A stretch of 64,000 nucleotides of DNA from Antedon mediterranea (GCF_964355755.1 NC_092680.1:14269045-14333044); one strand, 5' to 3'; shown: positions 48,086-62,276, counted from the stretch's first letter. Notes: generated by a model not told the origin, from the letters alone. Program-made: numbers and translations.

Positions 48086-50022
48086 GACTGGTTGAATACT
48101 GTCCATGTACAGTACTGATTGAATACTGTCCATGTACAGTACTGATTGAATACTGTCCATGTACAGTACTGATTGAATACTGTCCATGTACAGTACTGAT
48201 TGAATACTGTCCATGTACAGTACTATCCATGTACAGTACTGATTGAATACTGTCCATGTACAGTACTGATTGAATACTGTCCATGTACAGTACTGATTGA
48301 ATACTGTCCATGTACAGTACTGATTGAATACTGTCCATGTACAGTACTGGTTGAATACTGTCCATGTACAGTACTATCCATGTACAGTACTGATTGAATA
48401 CTGTCCATGTACAGTACTGATTGAATACTGTCCATGTACAGTACTGATTGAATACTGGCCATGTACAGTACTGATTGAATACTGTCCATGTACAGTACTG
48501 ATTGAATACTGGCCATGTACAGTACTGATTGAATACTGTCCATGTACAGTACTGATTGAATACTGGCCATGTACAGTACTGATTGAATACTGTCCATGTA
48601 CAGTACTGATTGAATACTGTCCATGTACAGTACTGATTGAATACTGGCCATGTACAGTACTGATTGAATACTGTCCATGTACAGTACTGATTGAATACTG
48701 TCCATGTACAGTACTGATTGAATACTGTCCATGTACAGTACTGATTGAATACTGGCCATGTACAGTACTGATTGAATACTGTCCATGTACAGTACTGATT
48801 GAATACTGTCCATGTACAGTACTGATTGAATACTGTACATGTACAGTACTGATTGAATACTGTACATGTACAGTACTGGTTGAATACTGGCCATGTACAG
48901 TACTGATTGAATACTGTCCATGTACAGTACTGATTGAATACTGTCCATGTACAGTACTGATTGAATACTGGCCATGTACAGTACTGATTGAATACTGTCC
49001 ATGTACAGTACTGATTGAATACTGTCCATGTACAGTACTGATTGAATACTGTCCATGTACAGTACTGATTGAATACTGGCCATGTACAGTACTGATTGAA
49101 TACTGTCCATGTACAGTACTGATTGAATACTGTCCATGTACAGTACTGATTGAATACTGTACATGTACAGTACTGATTGAATACTGTACATGTACAGTAC
49201 TGGTTGAATACTGTCCATGTACAGTACTGATTGAATACTGTCCATGTACAGTACTGATTGAATACTGTCCATTTACAGTACTGATTGAATACTGGCCATG
49301 TACAGTACTGATTGAATACTGTACATGTACAGTACTGATTGAATACTGTCCATGTACAGTACTGATTGAATACTGTCCATGTACAGTACTGATTGAATAC
49401 TGTCCATGTACAGTACTGATTGAATACTGTCCATGTACAGTACTGATTGAATACTGTACATGTACAGTACTGATTGAATACTGTCCATGTACAGTACTGA
49501 TTGAATACTGTCCATGTACAGTACTGATTGAATACTGTCCATGTACAGTACTAATTGAATACTGGCCATGTACAGTACTGATTGAATACTGTCCATGTAC
49601 AGTACTGATTGAATACTGGCCATGTACAGTACTGATTGAATACTGTCCATGTACAGTACTGATTGAATACTGTCCATGTACAGTACTGATTGAATACTGT
49701 ACATGTACAGTACTGGTTGAATACTGTACATGTACAGTACTGGTTGAATACTGTCCATGTACAGTACTGATTGAATACTGTCCATGTACAGTACTGATTG
49801 AATACTGTCCATGTACAGTACTGATTGAATACTGGCCATGTACAGTACTGATTGAATACTGTACATGTACAGTACTGATTGAATACTGTCCATGTACAGT
49901 ACTGATTGAATACTGTCCATGTACAGTACTGATTGAATACTGTCCATGTACAGTACTGATTGAATACTGTACATGTACAGTACTGATTGAATACTGTACA
50001 TGTACAGTACTGGTTGAATACT
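48086..50022. repeat. 27-bp minisatellite, ~70 copies
   Basis: Unit GTACTGATTGAATACTGTCCATGTACA with recurrent variants (TGGCC, TGTAC, GGTT). Confidence 0.97.
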
Positions 50023-53000
50023 TTCATTGTCCTGGCAGAGATGCATTTTTGTCTGATATAAACCTTGTAAAATTGTTTTATTGGTTGATTTAATAGTATT
50101 TTTTTTCGTTGTCGGGTTTACTGTATGTTCCCTGTAAATTTGACTTACAGTAGGATCCTTTGTATATTTCTCAATTAAAATCAATTAAAGAATAAAATAA
50201 TAAAAATAAAAGATAAACATGCTGACGATGGACAATTTCATGTACAGTATAGTAATTCCTTTTTTGTTCTTTGAAATTGTTCACAGGCCTATTAAATGTG
50301 TTGTTAATTATTGGCAATGTTGTTAAATTATAGAAGTGGAGCTTTAAAAGCTAGTAATTTCCGACTTAATCATTGTCTTCAGCCCAAGCAATCCAATGAC
50401 TTTAGGCAACTCTAGCATCTCACACCACTCACACATTTCTTTTTATAAACTGTTGTATAATAATATTAACAGGATATTCTACAGTTTGATTTCAAGAAAT
50501 GATAATCCCATGTACCATACAGAAAAAGAATGGTGTAGTTATTTGAGAAGGGGTACAAAAGGGAGCTGGTGTTGTTGCTCATGAAAGAATTAAGATGATC
50601 CCTGAATATAGAGTGGTAGTAATAATGTATTTTATTAGAAAAGAGTGTTATAGTGCCTTTTATGGTTGGATTATATTCACTCCAGTCGCATAGATTTATC
50701 TACTGTACACATGCATTGATTACAATGTTGTTGTTGTTGGACAAGAAACATAATGTTAGCTACTGTAGCAGCATTGTGATATCAGTAACTCTATCCATAG
50801 ATGAATTAGTTTAATTCATCCATACTCAATAGATAAATACATTAATACTAATATTAATAGGTAGAACTGAATATGAAAAAAGTCCCAATAAGAGTAGCCC
50901 TTGAATTGTATAGCACAGTACACTATGTATTATAAATTCTGAATAATTAAAATCTTGGGCTGTATCTTTCTAGATTTCATCAAACTTCATTGCTTTGTAC
51001 CCACTAGTAGTAGATTAGCTACATCTTAGTATATATCAATAATTTGGTACTTTGCTTTAATATGCGAGGCTTGATTTCTGTATTGGGAGAACACTGATAG
51101 TTCATAGTTCATAGTACATTTTATTTGTCCATACGGAATTCATGTGACATACAATATTGTAAATGTTTTTAAATTGGGTACGCTCAAGAGGTGTGAAGGT
51201 GCAGTTAGTGCCAGCCTAGGCCTACAAAATTATGTACGGCGGCACATCGTATTCTAAAATATTGAGGAAAATTCCTAGCAAACGAACACTCGTATCGTTG
51301 TTGAAAGTATAGATAATATAGGCCAAAGCACAGAGTACTACGTTTTTTCATCCCTCAAGCTGCGCCGAAGCGTTTCTGTCAGGGAGAGAACTTAATACCA
51401 TCCCGATTATTTATTAAATAACAACACAGAAGCCGGCGACGGCCCTACTCTACTCTCTAGACTCTACTATTTCCCGAATGTTGTTTTGTATACTCTACTG
51501 ACGCACTACACGCACGAGGAAAGTTCATTAAGGGTAAAATATAAAACTACATTAAATTGGGAGAGTCTAAAATGCATAACGCATAAATGTTTGATTTTGA
51601 TAAGATTAAGACGCCATTCATCGAAGATACTAGAATGTTTATTTTTAATCTGAAAATTACATCCCTATCGAAAAATAGACAATCCTGGTAAATAGCCGAC
51701 CGTCGGATGTCGTCGTTGTGCAGCGCACAACACGTGATAGTTCGGGTAGACTTCATCATCCATGTGTCATGTAACGTCTGTCTCTCTGTGCAGTCTACCT
51801 CTGCTATCTCCATCATATTGAAATAACAAAGAGATGCCTGATACAACGAAAAAAGTTGATGAAAATGGAGCTTGAAGTAAACAACATGATAACGAACAAA
51901 ATAAATGCTTGGAGATCGATGGACCTTTTAGTTGGACTTTATGCTTTCGCCAAAATGATTATTTGATTATCTATTTTATCATGTCATCGCCAAATTAGCT
52001 AAAGTCGCGGTTTTATTTTTCGCCAGCCTGGAAACTTCGGCCAGTCCGAGCCCAGGTTTGACATTTACACACATTTTATACTTTTGCAATCAAAACAATT
52101 AGGTGAATGTCCAAAATGATCTAAATAAAAAATACTATGTTGACTAACACTTTGGTAAATTCTTTTAAAGGACAATGTTAATATCATAACAACAACAGGA
52201 TATCATTTTTTACATTAATACATTGAGAAATAATTAATATATAATACATATAAATAGTCCTAGTCGGTTATGAAATAAATTATTATTGAATAAATGTGCA
52301 GGTAGGTAGTTTAATTGTGTTGACATGATAATTATTATCTAACCTACTATCTTTGGCTTGCTAGAAATTGTGGAGGTAGAAGATTACTACCATTGTTATT
52401 CATCATCCTTCTCCTTTTTGGTACTACATCCATCATAATAGTTAGGTTCAGTTATTTTATATCTGATAATCTATGATGTATTCCCTATGGTTTATGTAAG
52501 TTAATTCAACAACAGTGTAAACTAAGGGTAGCATTCACTGTATTGAACAATATGGACTTTTAGATTTTCATGTCGATTATATCGACTGCTACCCTGTTAC
52601 GTCATTTTTATGATATGCACATGCGCTAGGCGACTGGTACGTCGACTGATTCGGCCTAAGAAATATCGGGAAGAAAGCAGACGAATTTTAGAATTAACTA
52701 AGTAATTACCTCAATAGTATAATGTTAACATGATTAATTTTATTTCCTTTTCGATTATTCTAACCGTAGGGTGCACTTTAAATTGAAATACGGAATCAAG
52801 TTTAGGCCAAGAAACCGCGTATACATATAACGGCAACCAATAGGTTATGGCTGCTTCATAGCAAATTTAAAGCTTCTTAAATTCCTTCAGTACATTTATT
52901 CCTAACGTACTCACTTTATATAGTAGCTTGATAAATACTCCACAAACGAACAAATCGGTAAAATTGACGTTTCAAAGCAAATATTCCATGAGAAGTGGAA

Positions 53001-54193
53001 TTTTTCGCCATGCCTCGTGTTCTGAAAATGGTACATTCCACTGTGAGGGTATCTAGTCATTAATTAACTCGCTAATTACTAATACAGTACATGCATACCA
53101 TGTGATGGTAATTTAGTAATAGTCTCAGAACTGAACCCCCCTACAAGGAAAATGGTAATGGCTTTCATTTTCGGTAGGGATTATTTTTTCAGTGTTTGGT
53201 TTTGTAGGCCTCTTCGCACGACGGCCATACAGAGTCAAATAAAACAATGTGGTTTATCAAACAGAAATATAAATTAGCTTCAATTCAATACTAAAGTAGC
53301 CAGATTTTTATGAGAAAGACTAAAAAATCTAATTTGAGGCGGATGTACATAATAATTTTAACCAGTTTGCATATAAAAATACACCACCACCTATTATGAC
53401 CGGCGTGCGATCGTGTTTTGAAAATGGGTAGGTGTTTTTTCCAAAGTTATTTTTAGCGCGCTGATTTTAGCACGCCGACTTTTGTACCTCATTTTTAACT
53501 CGCGTTTTCTATTTACATATTTAAAAAACATAGATTAAAAAATACATATAAATAAACCCTTAAACAAGATCTTTCCAAACATATAATTTTTATTCACATG
53601 GTTACCTAAGAAATAGTATATTTTCAACTTCAAAGACATGTCACTTTTTGAAATTTCACGATTGTGTTCAAATTGCTGTAACGAAAATCCGCTTCATTGG
53701 GATACCTATGTATTTATATCTATCGACAGGAACAGTCGACTATGACCCATGTGAACATGACTGTGGTGTCCACGTTCACACAATCTACAAGTCTCTAAAA
53801 TGCTTTAGAAGCTTGATAAATAAAGTTATTAGTAGTAGGACGCCTTTTAAAAACACTTTATGTTGCTTAATTTCCTTGATTTCTGAAGACGGTAATCATA
53901 ATTGTTAAGATGTAATCTCATTTCCATAATACTTTATTTCATGACTAGCTTAGAAAACCAATAAATAGCTCTTTCTTTCCAAAGATGTTCTGACTTTCCC
54001 ATTTGAGGACAGGTTTGTAGAATATAACATGTGAAACTAAATTTTATTTCTTGTTCTCCTTGGAGAGAAAAGGGCTATTGTTGGTTTATCCTTGTATGTG
54101 GCACTTATTTTGCCTACACTTTCAAAAGTTTAAAATTAGTATTTAACCAATTGTTATATTTTATATATTTACAGATGATAAAGAAATGAAGGA

Positions 54194-54373
54194 ATGATGA
54201 CGGTAGAACAGGATGGTCCACGGGTAGCCGAGTATCTAATAGTGGCTGGGCTATCTGAGACCTCCAGATCGTTAGAAGAGGGGCTGCAAAATGACAGCCA
54301 TTTAAAGGCATCATCTACGCCCAATGAGCCTATCACAGATGTAGCTGTAATATTGAGAGGACATGGGGAGAAG
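54194..54373 (+). CDS. DENND4: DENN domain-containing protein 4 (Crag), first coding exon
   Basis: GPRVAEYLIVAGL...EPITDVAVILRGHGEK matches the DENND4 N-terminus/MABP start. Acceptor TTTACAG at 54174; donor AAG|GTTTGT, phase 0. Confidence 0.9.
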
Positions 54374-55361
54374 GTTTGTAATTTACAGTAGTTCCTATGC
54401 ATGCAATACAAAGGAACTCTTCTAATCACTATAGTGTGTATGGATTGTGGTAAATATTTTGTTTTTGCTTCGTGGTGGCGAAGATGCGATACTATCTCGA
54501 TTTTATAGCAGATATTGATAAAAAAAACCCATAAATATTGTCTTCAATCGAATGCGTAGATGTATACTACAGCGTCAAAGAAGGACGTAAATTAATTTCC
54601 ATTAACGTAAATATCGCTTGTTTTTGTCTATCACGCTAGGCCTAGCCCCTTTCGCTTTCATATACTCCTATATAGGCTTCGCTGCGGGGTGGCACAAAAC
54701 CTAAGACCTAAGATCATGAAACCTAAAACCCAAGACCAGCTTAAAAACAATATCTAATACATAATTGTATACATAGTAAGTTTCATTTATTGATGCTTTA
54801 TCACAAACTCATTTCCCCCGTTGAGTAAATATACCTTTGTTTCACAACAAACAAACTTAAAGGTTTGTTTGTTGATATATATACATTGCGTTGATTTCAG
54901 GGTTGTTTCCCTTTCGCACCTGTTTTTTTAAAATAATTTATTTTTATATATTAAATCAACATTGGCAATATCAATAAATTGTTTACCATTATTGCCATTG
55001 TAAGCTTCCTAAATGTCGGAATTTACGTCTGCAATTTCGTTGGCTGTTATCATTATAGACTAAGCCAGTGATATCGTGGAGAATTCAAGTCAAAGAAATA
55101 TGCATATTGCATAGGAACGTCTGTCCCTGTCAGGGGTCTGCTTACTGTAGTATAATAGTTAGGTGAGCAGTTAAATACTGGTCTTTTAATACTGGATTGT
55201 GGTTAGTGGCCGTGTTTCGTATATCATTGGTTACCAGTTCGTGTAGGCTTGCACACAGTAAACAAAACAGTGTTTGGGGTTGACAAAAGCAAAACCTGTG
55301 TTTACCATTTTCTGTAAGATACTTTGTGTAATGTCCATTGCAATGTAATTATTTTATTTAA

Positions 55362-55901
55362 AGATGTATTGTCCCTTTGACTAATTCCAAAAAAATAAAA
55401 AATAAAAGATTTCAAAAAAAGGTGGGTCATTTTGAAGTATCATAATAGTTATTAACTATCACCAAAAATTTTTCAAAAAAAAAAAATTCAACTGAAATAC
55501 TGACGTTTTTTTGTAAAAAAAATAACTTCCAGTCAAAGTTTTCAATCAAAACATATCCCATAATGAAACGCGCTTGTTTGGCTACTCTGTATGCATAATC
55601 ATAAAACTTCCTCACGATCTGTGTGAAAACACCTTCTCAACCGTGACGAGTTGTAAACAATCCTAATTTAGCATATGCATAATGCGTACTCATGGTTTGA
55701 AATCTTTGTTTACTTTAGCTCGTGACGATTTTCCAGATGAAATGTAATCAAACTAATTTACCTGTTAATTACGTAAACTTGTTGTTTTTGGCTCAAATTT
55801 TCGACTTAAAGTGAATAACTTTAATATTACTTTGATATGGCCACTTTAAATTTAGAATATTTTGACCTTCATTTTTTTGTGTTTCAAGGGACAATACCTC
55901 T
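55362..55901. mobile_element. Kolobok-like non-autonomous element (TTAA TSD), copy 2
   Basis: TTAA|AGATGTATTGTCCCTT...AAGGGACAATACCTCT|TTAA. Confidence 0.85.
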
Positions 55902-56561
55902 TTAATGATTTTTAACGAAAGAAAAAAAAAACAGTATTTGTACAGTATAGTATACATAGTATACAGTACAGTATTTTTTCAAATTAAATTTTCATCTGAA
56001 ATTAGCGGCACTTCTTTTGTGTTACGTATACCAACGACATTGCGCTATATATTTAGACGTGGACAGGGTCTGCCCACTGTCTGGTCATGGACTGGGTTAA
56101 AGCGTGCATACAATCAAAGCATCTAGCAAGTCAATCGCGCCTTTGATGATGTGCTTATGTTACCGACAAAAGGGTAAATTCCACCGATTCATAGAGAGTC
56201 AATTAATTCAGTATGCTATTGAAAATATCATTATGATATGAACATTTTTACAAGAAGAATAATACAATCAATCATTATTTTAACTAAAAAACTTTATTTA
56301 CAATATACAAGTTACCTCTTTAAATGGACGATTCAGACAACAGCCAATTTTAACTAGAGATCGAAAGAGAGACATGGCAGCAACAAAACACATGTTTACA
56401 ACTCTCGGCGGTGGCCGATGAAAGCATGTCTTGGTCGTTATACAATTTGTTATGCAGCCTTTTGTTTCTTGGCTTGCATCGTCATATAGTGGTCATGTCA
56501 CGTGTCTCATATGCATTAGGCCCTTTATGCATGCCTCAGCTCTAGAAAGTACCTGTTAAGT

Positions 56562-56790
56562 GGCGAGTGAGTGGCCGAGCGGTTAAGACAGTGGAACCGT
56601 AATTACGTAGCCATAACATCGGCAAGGGTTCGAGGCTCACTCGCTCCATGGTTCTGGTGGTAGAACGAGTCTTCTCGGATAAGGACTATAAACCGTAGGT
56701 CCAGTGTACACATATAGCTCATGCGCTACATCTTTCGAGACGAGTAGGGGGTTACCCCGGTGTACTAGTCCACACAAACACAGCCACTGT
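56562..56790 (+). mobile_element. tRNA-derived SINE with a Deu/Nin-like core, 3' end diverged or truncated
   Basis: A box TGGCCGAGCGG, B box GGTTCGAGGC, core TCTCGGATAAGGACTATAAACCGTAGGTCC. Closely matches 21650-21846. Confidence 0.85.
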
Positions 56791-56996
56791 CACACACAGC
56801 CACTGTGCAAATTGGGGCTGGACCGTTTTAGAGGTGTTTACCACCTGTTGGTCCAGATCCTTCACTAACTGAGTTAGTGAGAAGTCGAATAAATAAAAAA
56901 TTAATCTATTTTTAGATTGGTTGTGGTTGATATTTTTAAGCGTCACAATACCGTGAGAACACTGAGGTAGTAATAAATTCAGATGTCAGTCCATGC

Positions 56997-58067
56997 CAGG
57001 CGCGGATCCGTCATCAACACGGAAAAAAAATTGTAAATGAAAAAGTAAAAAAAAGGTTTTAGATTAGAAACGGGGTAACTTCTTCTGTCAGTCTGTTTTA
57101 TTGCTGAAAAATACGATAGCTCAACAGGCACGTTTAATATTTGTCTAGACAAAACCAAGCACACATGCTGTACCAAGTTTGGTTTGCTTGCTGCCTCCAC
57201 CGTTGTGACACCAGTCTGCGTGATACACACTATTCATCATGTCCAAAAAACAGAAGGTGCAACATCATTTAACCTACTATTACTGTATAATAATAATATT
57301 GTATATAGGCTATCCTGCGATATTTTTGCTATAAAATAAGAGACCCACGGATAACCGATATGAATAGTCTAGAGTAGTAGTACTCTCTATCTGGTACGAC
57401 TAGGCCTAGTAGTAGAGCAATAGGCGCGTGTGCAATGAGCGGGAGGGATTTGAGGCCGGCAACAAAGGTGAACGATCCAAACTTATTTTCATTGCGGTCC
57501 AAGCGTCAATATCTAGACTGTATCAAGTTACAAGGGCCAAAGCGTGTAGTTACGCACTACCCTGGCGGTGTCCCTTTGTACGAATTAATTAAAGTTACAA
57601 TTCTATATTTAGTAGTTGGCCCAGCTTACGCCGCCGCGGGCGTCGATATCTGAGTCATCCTACATCCAGGGACCAATACGTAGTTACAACAAAGCGATAT
57701 CTTCCCTATTTGTAAGAATCGGCAATTCATTCGGAAAGCGCAGCGTACTAAAATGTTCATTCAGAAGGCGAGCGCAGAAATGCATATTCATAATAATGCT
57801 CCCCTAAAATGGGATGAAATAGGACGCCCTCACTCGGATTTTCATAGAAAGTCTTTGGGAAAAATACTTTTGCCACCCCCTGAAGTTCGGAACTGTGAAT
57901 AAGTGAGGTGTGCAAGACCCTTTACAGATGATCGAATCAGAGTGCGTTAGCGGATCTCGAGCACCATAAAATGCTTTTTTTTTTCTGGGCTTCGCCCAGT
58001 GTATTTGCTACCTGTGATCGCGTGTGCCCCCCCCCCCCCCGCAAAAATAATCCTGGATCCGCCCCTG
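56997..58067. mobile_element. hAT-like MITE with an apparent 5-bp TSD
   Basis: CATGC|CAGGCGCGGATCC...GGATCCGCCCCTG|CATGC, with a subterminal poly-C. Confidence 0.6.
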
Positions 58068-58350
58068 CATGCGTATTCAATTTTAGTAGATCAATATTGA
58101 AAACACTGCACAAATAAGTAATTTTATTTTCATTGGTGATCTTCTGTAGTAAATGGGCTATTTGCTGAATAAATACTTGGCTTCCTGGAACTATATTTTA
58201 ATTTAAATATATTGGCGCAACATAATGGACCCTACAAATATGAACATTTTTATATATTTAAAAAAAAACAAAATTCAAGAATAAACAAATGTTGGTTTTC
58301 CACAATTAAGACCATAAAATACTTAATACTGAATAAAAATAAAGATTTAA

Positions 58351-58976
58351 AGCCCCATTCCCTATGTTTTTTAGATCTAATTTAAGATCACAAACTATAT
58401 TTAATGTAAAAATAATACTATATGGTCCTATTGCGATAACTTTTTTCGTCTTTAAACGGTTAAAAATGTGAAAAATAAGTCGATTCTAATAATTATAGCG
58501 GCCCGCTATAAATCCCAAAATGCATTGCGCGCGGATGGATATTTTTGTTTTTCACCTGTAATTTGCCCACTTTTCGATCAATCGTGAGGCCAAAACAAAT
58601 GGAAGACTCCTAACTTTTCAGCGAAAATACCGGGTTTTCCCCAATTTGTATCAACGGAGTCTGGCAAAAATAGAAAGACAATTAATGCAGCAACTATACA
58701 ACGTCAGGCTAGGTATATAGGTAGCGTACGATGTTCGTACGTTACCGATGTTTACCAGCTAGGCCTACAAAACTAAGCCTAGCTAGGCTAGGCCTAAGAC
58801 CGTCCACGAGAGGTCGATCGCCGCGAGCTACTTAGGTAGTGCATTGTTTCTCACTTTTTATCATAATTTACCATAAAACGTACATTTAAGACAAGGAATG
58901 ACATGGTTTAATGTTTTTAAAGTGATATATATGTATTATTTTCCAAAAAACGTCCAAAATTGCAGGGAAGGGGTCT
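58351..58976. mobile_element. Kolobok-like MITE (TTAA TSD), second family
   Basis: TTAA|AGCCCCATTCCCT...AGGGAAGGGGTCT|TTAA. Confidence 0.75.
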
Positions 58977-61900
58977 TTAAAGTAAAGTTAAAGTTAGTTT
59001 TTTAAAATCTTTTTTGATAAAAAAAAATTACCTACTTTCTACCCCTATATTTTTGGGCCCATTTATGCCAACATAACCTTTCTTTTGGCCTTATTATGAA
59101 CTTTATAGTTCATGTTTACTGACATCACAGTCATCTGCTTAGACACGATTCAAGCCTATGCAAATATACACAGGCATTTCCACTATTTTTGTTATCTTGT
59201 TTATTTTTAGGAGAGATGTATTAGAAAGTTTGTCTAGAATCGGATCATTTAAAAAGGACAATACAAAATCTGATTCTAAAAAAGTATGAGACTAGAATAT
59301 AAATTTTACTGTTTATGACATAATTTGATTGATTTTTGAAAATATTTTTATCGAAGGCAGAATAAATGGTTATGCTGTATAGTTCTAGAATAAAAACTTT
59401 AAATTTTATGTAAGAAAAATGTATGTTTATCAATTTATCGTCATTGTATAATAATATTTAAGTCTACCTTTCAAATTCAACAAACATTTATTTCATCAAA
59501 TGCCATACAAATAATACATAGTATAAAATGAGGACCAGCCTAGAAGTAAATTTGTCTCAGTTGGCCCTTTAACATGGTTGCAAAAAATACAGGAGAGAGA
59601 GAGATAAGAAACATCAGTGATAATATAATATAAGGGCCTGTTTTTATTGAAAAATAAAAAAAAGTTTTCTTGGAAATCGGTTTTGGCAGTTATAAATAAA
59701 GATCGCGTTGCAGGTCAATTTTTACTCCAATAAAACCGGTTCCGTCTATGTGCGTTTGTTATGAATGACGTTATTATATACCACAATGCAGTTCATTAGG
59801 TAGAAGCGCGATTGGATCGAGGTCATGTTTTCTTTTTTTTTCGCATAGCGCGATTCCCAAGAATTGGATCCAGTTCGTCATAGAAGCGGCAGGCAATCCA
59901 TTATTACCTGAAATTCTATTTTGTTCCTTGGTTAAAGTATACGTACGTCGCACCCTCCGATATTGTCAAGTTGAACTCGTCTTTCACACGCTTTACAATA
60001 TTCTTATAAACATGTCAGTCTTTCTTCCGCCTCCCCCTCATCTTTTCTTCTTCCCACATATTTATTACAAACCGCGTAATTGCATTGGTCCACATTTTTA
60101 GTTAAATAAAATACTCACTATCTAGAGAATAAAAATGACTAGGCCTACTGTATGTCATATCGCGCGGTTTTGACTGCAAGTTGACCGCAATCGTCCCAGT
60201 GCAGCAGAGTTCAGTTTTTGGGGTCACATTTAAACTGCTAAAAATTGCTCTGGAATTAATTGGATTTTTAGAAACCGTTTTTAAGATCGGTTCTTTTTTG
60301 TGGAGACCCTTTTCTGCTGGCAAGAAAAAACCATTCTTGAAAAGAACGGTATTCAAAACCGCTCAAAACTGCTCAATAGAAACTATGTAGTATGAACATT
60401 CCTTATAAATTGTGGTTCATGTGTTATCCCAGAGTGGGCTTATATACTCATGCCAGTATTTGTTAATATCATGATTTATAAACCAGACAATACTCAATAA
60501 TGTCATTGAAGTAGTGGCTCAAATAGCACTTGTAGCACAATAGTGTATTGTATTATTAGTAATGAAACAAATTAATAGACACCACAAAACATGATGCAAT
60601 CATTATGAAAATGAAACTTTATGATTTGATTGGCTATATCAAATCTAAATATAGATAGAACAATCTTATTACTTTATTATCCTACTGTATGTAATAAATT
60701 CAGATTAATAATAGTAATCAACAGATGGTATATTGTCATATGATTATTGACAAACATTCTACAGCATATTGCACACGGTTGTTGTTCATTTGATTAGACA
60801 ATTTTATTTTCCGAAAACTACTGCAAACCAACATTTCAACAATCAATAAAGATTTGTTAAAAAGATTCTTTGATGAAAATGAAGCTATTAAAAACACATT
60901 AAAAAACATTACAATGACAGTATTGTCTATTTATATGAAATTGAATATAGTAAAGTCATGTTTGGTTTTAATTTTCAATGTTTTGTCTTCGAGTGAGGCA
61001 CTGTTTCTGGTGCCAAGTAAATACTGTATTTGATATTTGGTATTTTTTGAATACCGTATATACGGTATATTTTTGGCAGCGGAAACGGTGCTCATAACAA
61101 ATACTGTAGCCACACTTCAAATTTTATAAAAATGTAATATAGTTACATATAGCCTACATTATTACAAATGGAAGTGAACTAAAGTATAATCCACGACCAC
61201 ATGGCTTTTCTTTTACTTAAAAATGTTGCCTACCCTATCGACTCGCCACTCTAAACGGTGATGCTGCCGTTTTTTTTCTAAGTTCCTGCTTTATAGTCTT
61301 AATGACGCCCTCTGGGAATTCCACATTTCATAGCCTTTTGAACCAGAGGTATTTTTAAAAATATTTAATAATACCGGTATAAGTCATAATTTAATAAATA
61401 TTTGGTTTACGAACTTTTTATATAGACCATGACCATCTCTGCTGTTGCAAGATTAATGTTGAGTGCAAAATTCACACCAATCAGAGGTTGTACCGCAGCG
61501 TGCATAGAGGACAAACTTGTTGTGTTTGCCTTTAATATTATAGATATTATTATATTTTATATTATAGTAGCAGAAACCTTATTAAAATAAAAACAAATTG
61601 TATCACGAATAAAATCAGAACTATTGACTTTACGGCCATTGATTTGTTATACATTATCCCTTTACCTTAAAATATATGTAGGCTAAAAAATTAAGCAATA
61701 GTTGATATGAAACTTTAGACTTTACTTTTGACTGCTGAGACTTTACGAAAATAAAAGACGCTAAAGAAAAATTTTGCTGTGTGAATTAGATGTGCGCGCA
61801 ACACAAAACGAAAGTATAAAATATAATTATTATTCTGTTCAAAGGATAGGTGTAATTAATTAGTTGGTAGGCTGCCGAGACTAAACACTGTTATAATTTG

Positions 61901-62276
61901 GTGGCCCGGCATGGTATTGTTAGATCCGGTCATGGCGGTACACAACAGAGGAGGTTGCGTAGTTTATACATGAAACATGTCAAATTACTGTTATTTTTTG
62001 CCTTTTATTAGTGTATATCTTTAAAATTCAGGAAAGTGATATCAAGAAATAGTTACTGTCATTTCAATTATTAATTTAGATAATTCTGACAGTATGTTTA
62101 TTGATGTTGAACAATGAAGAAAATATGTAGTAATTTGAGAAATATATATAATATTTAAAATAAAAATATAAAAGAAATAATTTTTAAGAACACAAATATT
62201 TGCAAGGTATGTATGAGACTTTACTATAAATTTTATTGCTGTACTAACAAATTTCAATTCAATTTTTGTTTTGTAG

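Noticed and set aside
48078-50184. ORFs up to 589 aa of Cys/Tyr-rich 9-mer repeats on both strands
   Set aside because: The 27-bp unit lacks stops in several frames; there is no splice or domain evidence, and the array is intronic.
51170-53760. Possible additional TIR elements (~51180-51900 and ~52570-53760)
   Set aside because: They look repeat-like, but I could not fix matching termini or TSDs by eye.
56562-56645. tRNA gene
   Set aside because: A and B boxes are present, but there is no convincing cloverleaf or terminator and the sequence continues into a SINE core repeated at 21538-21846.
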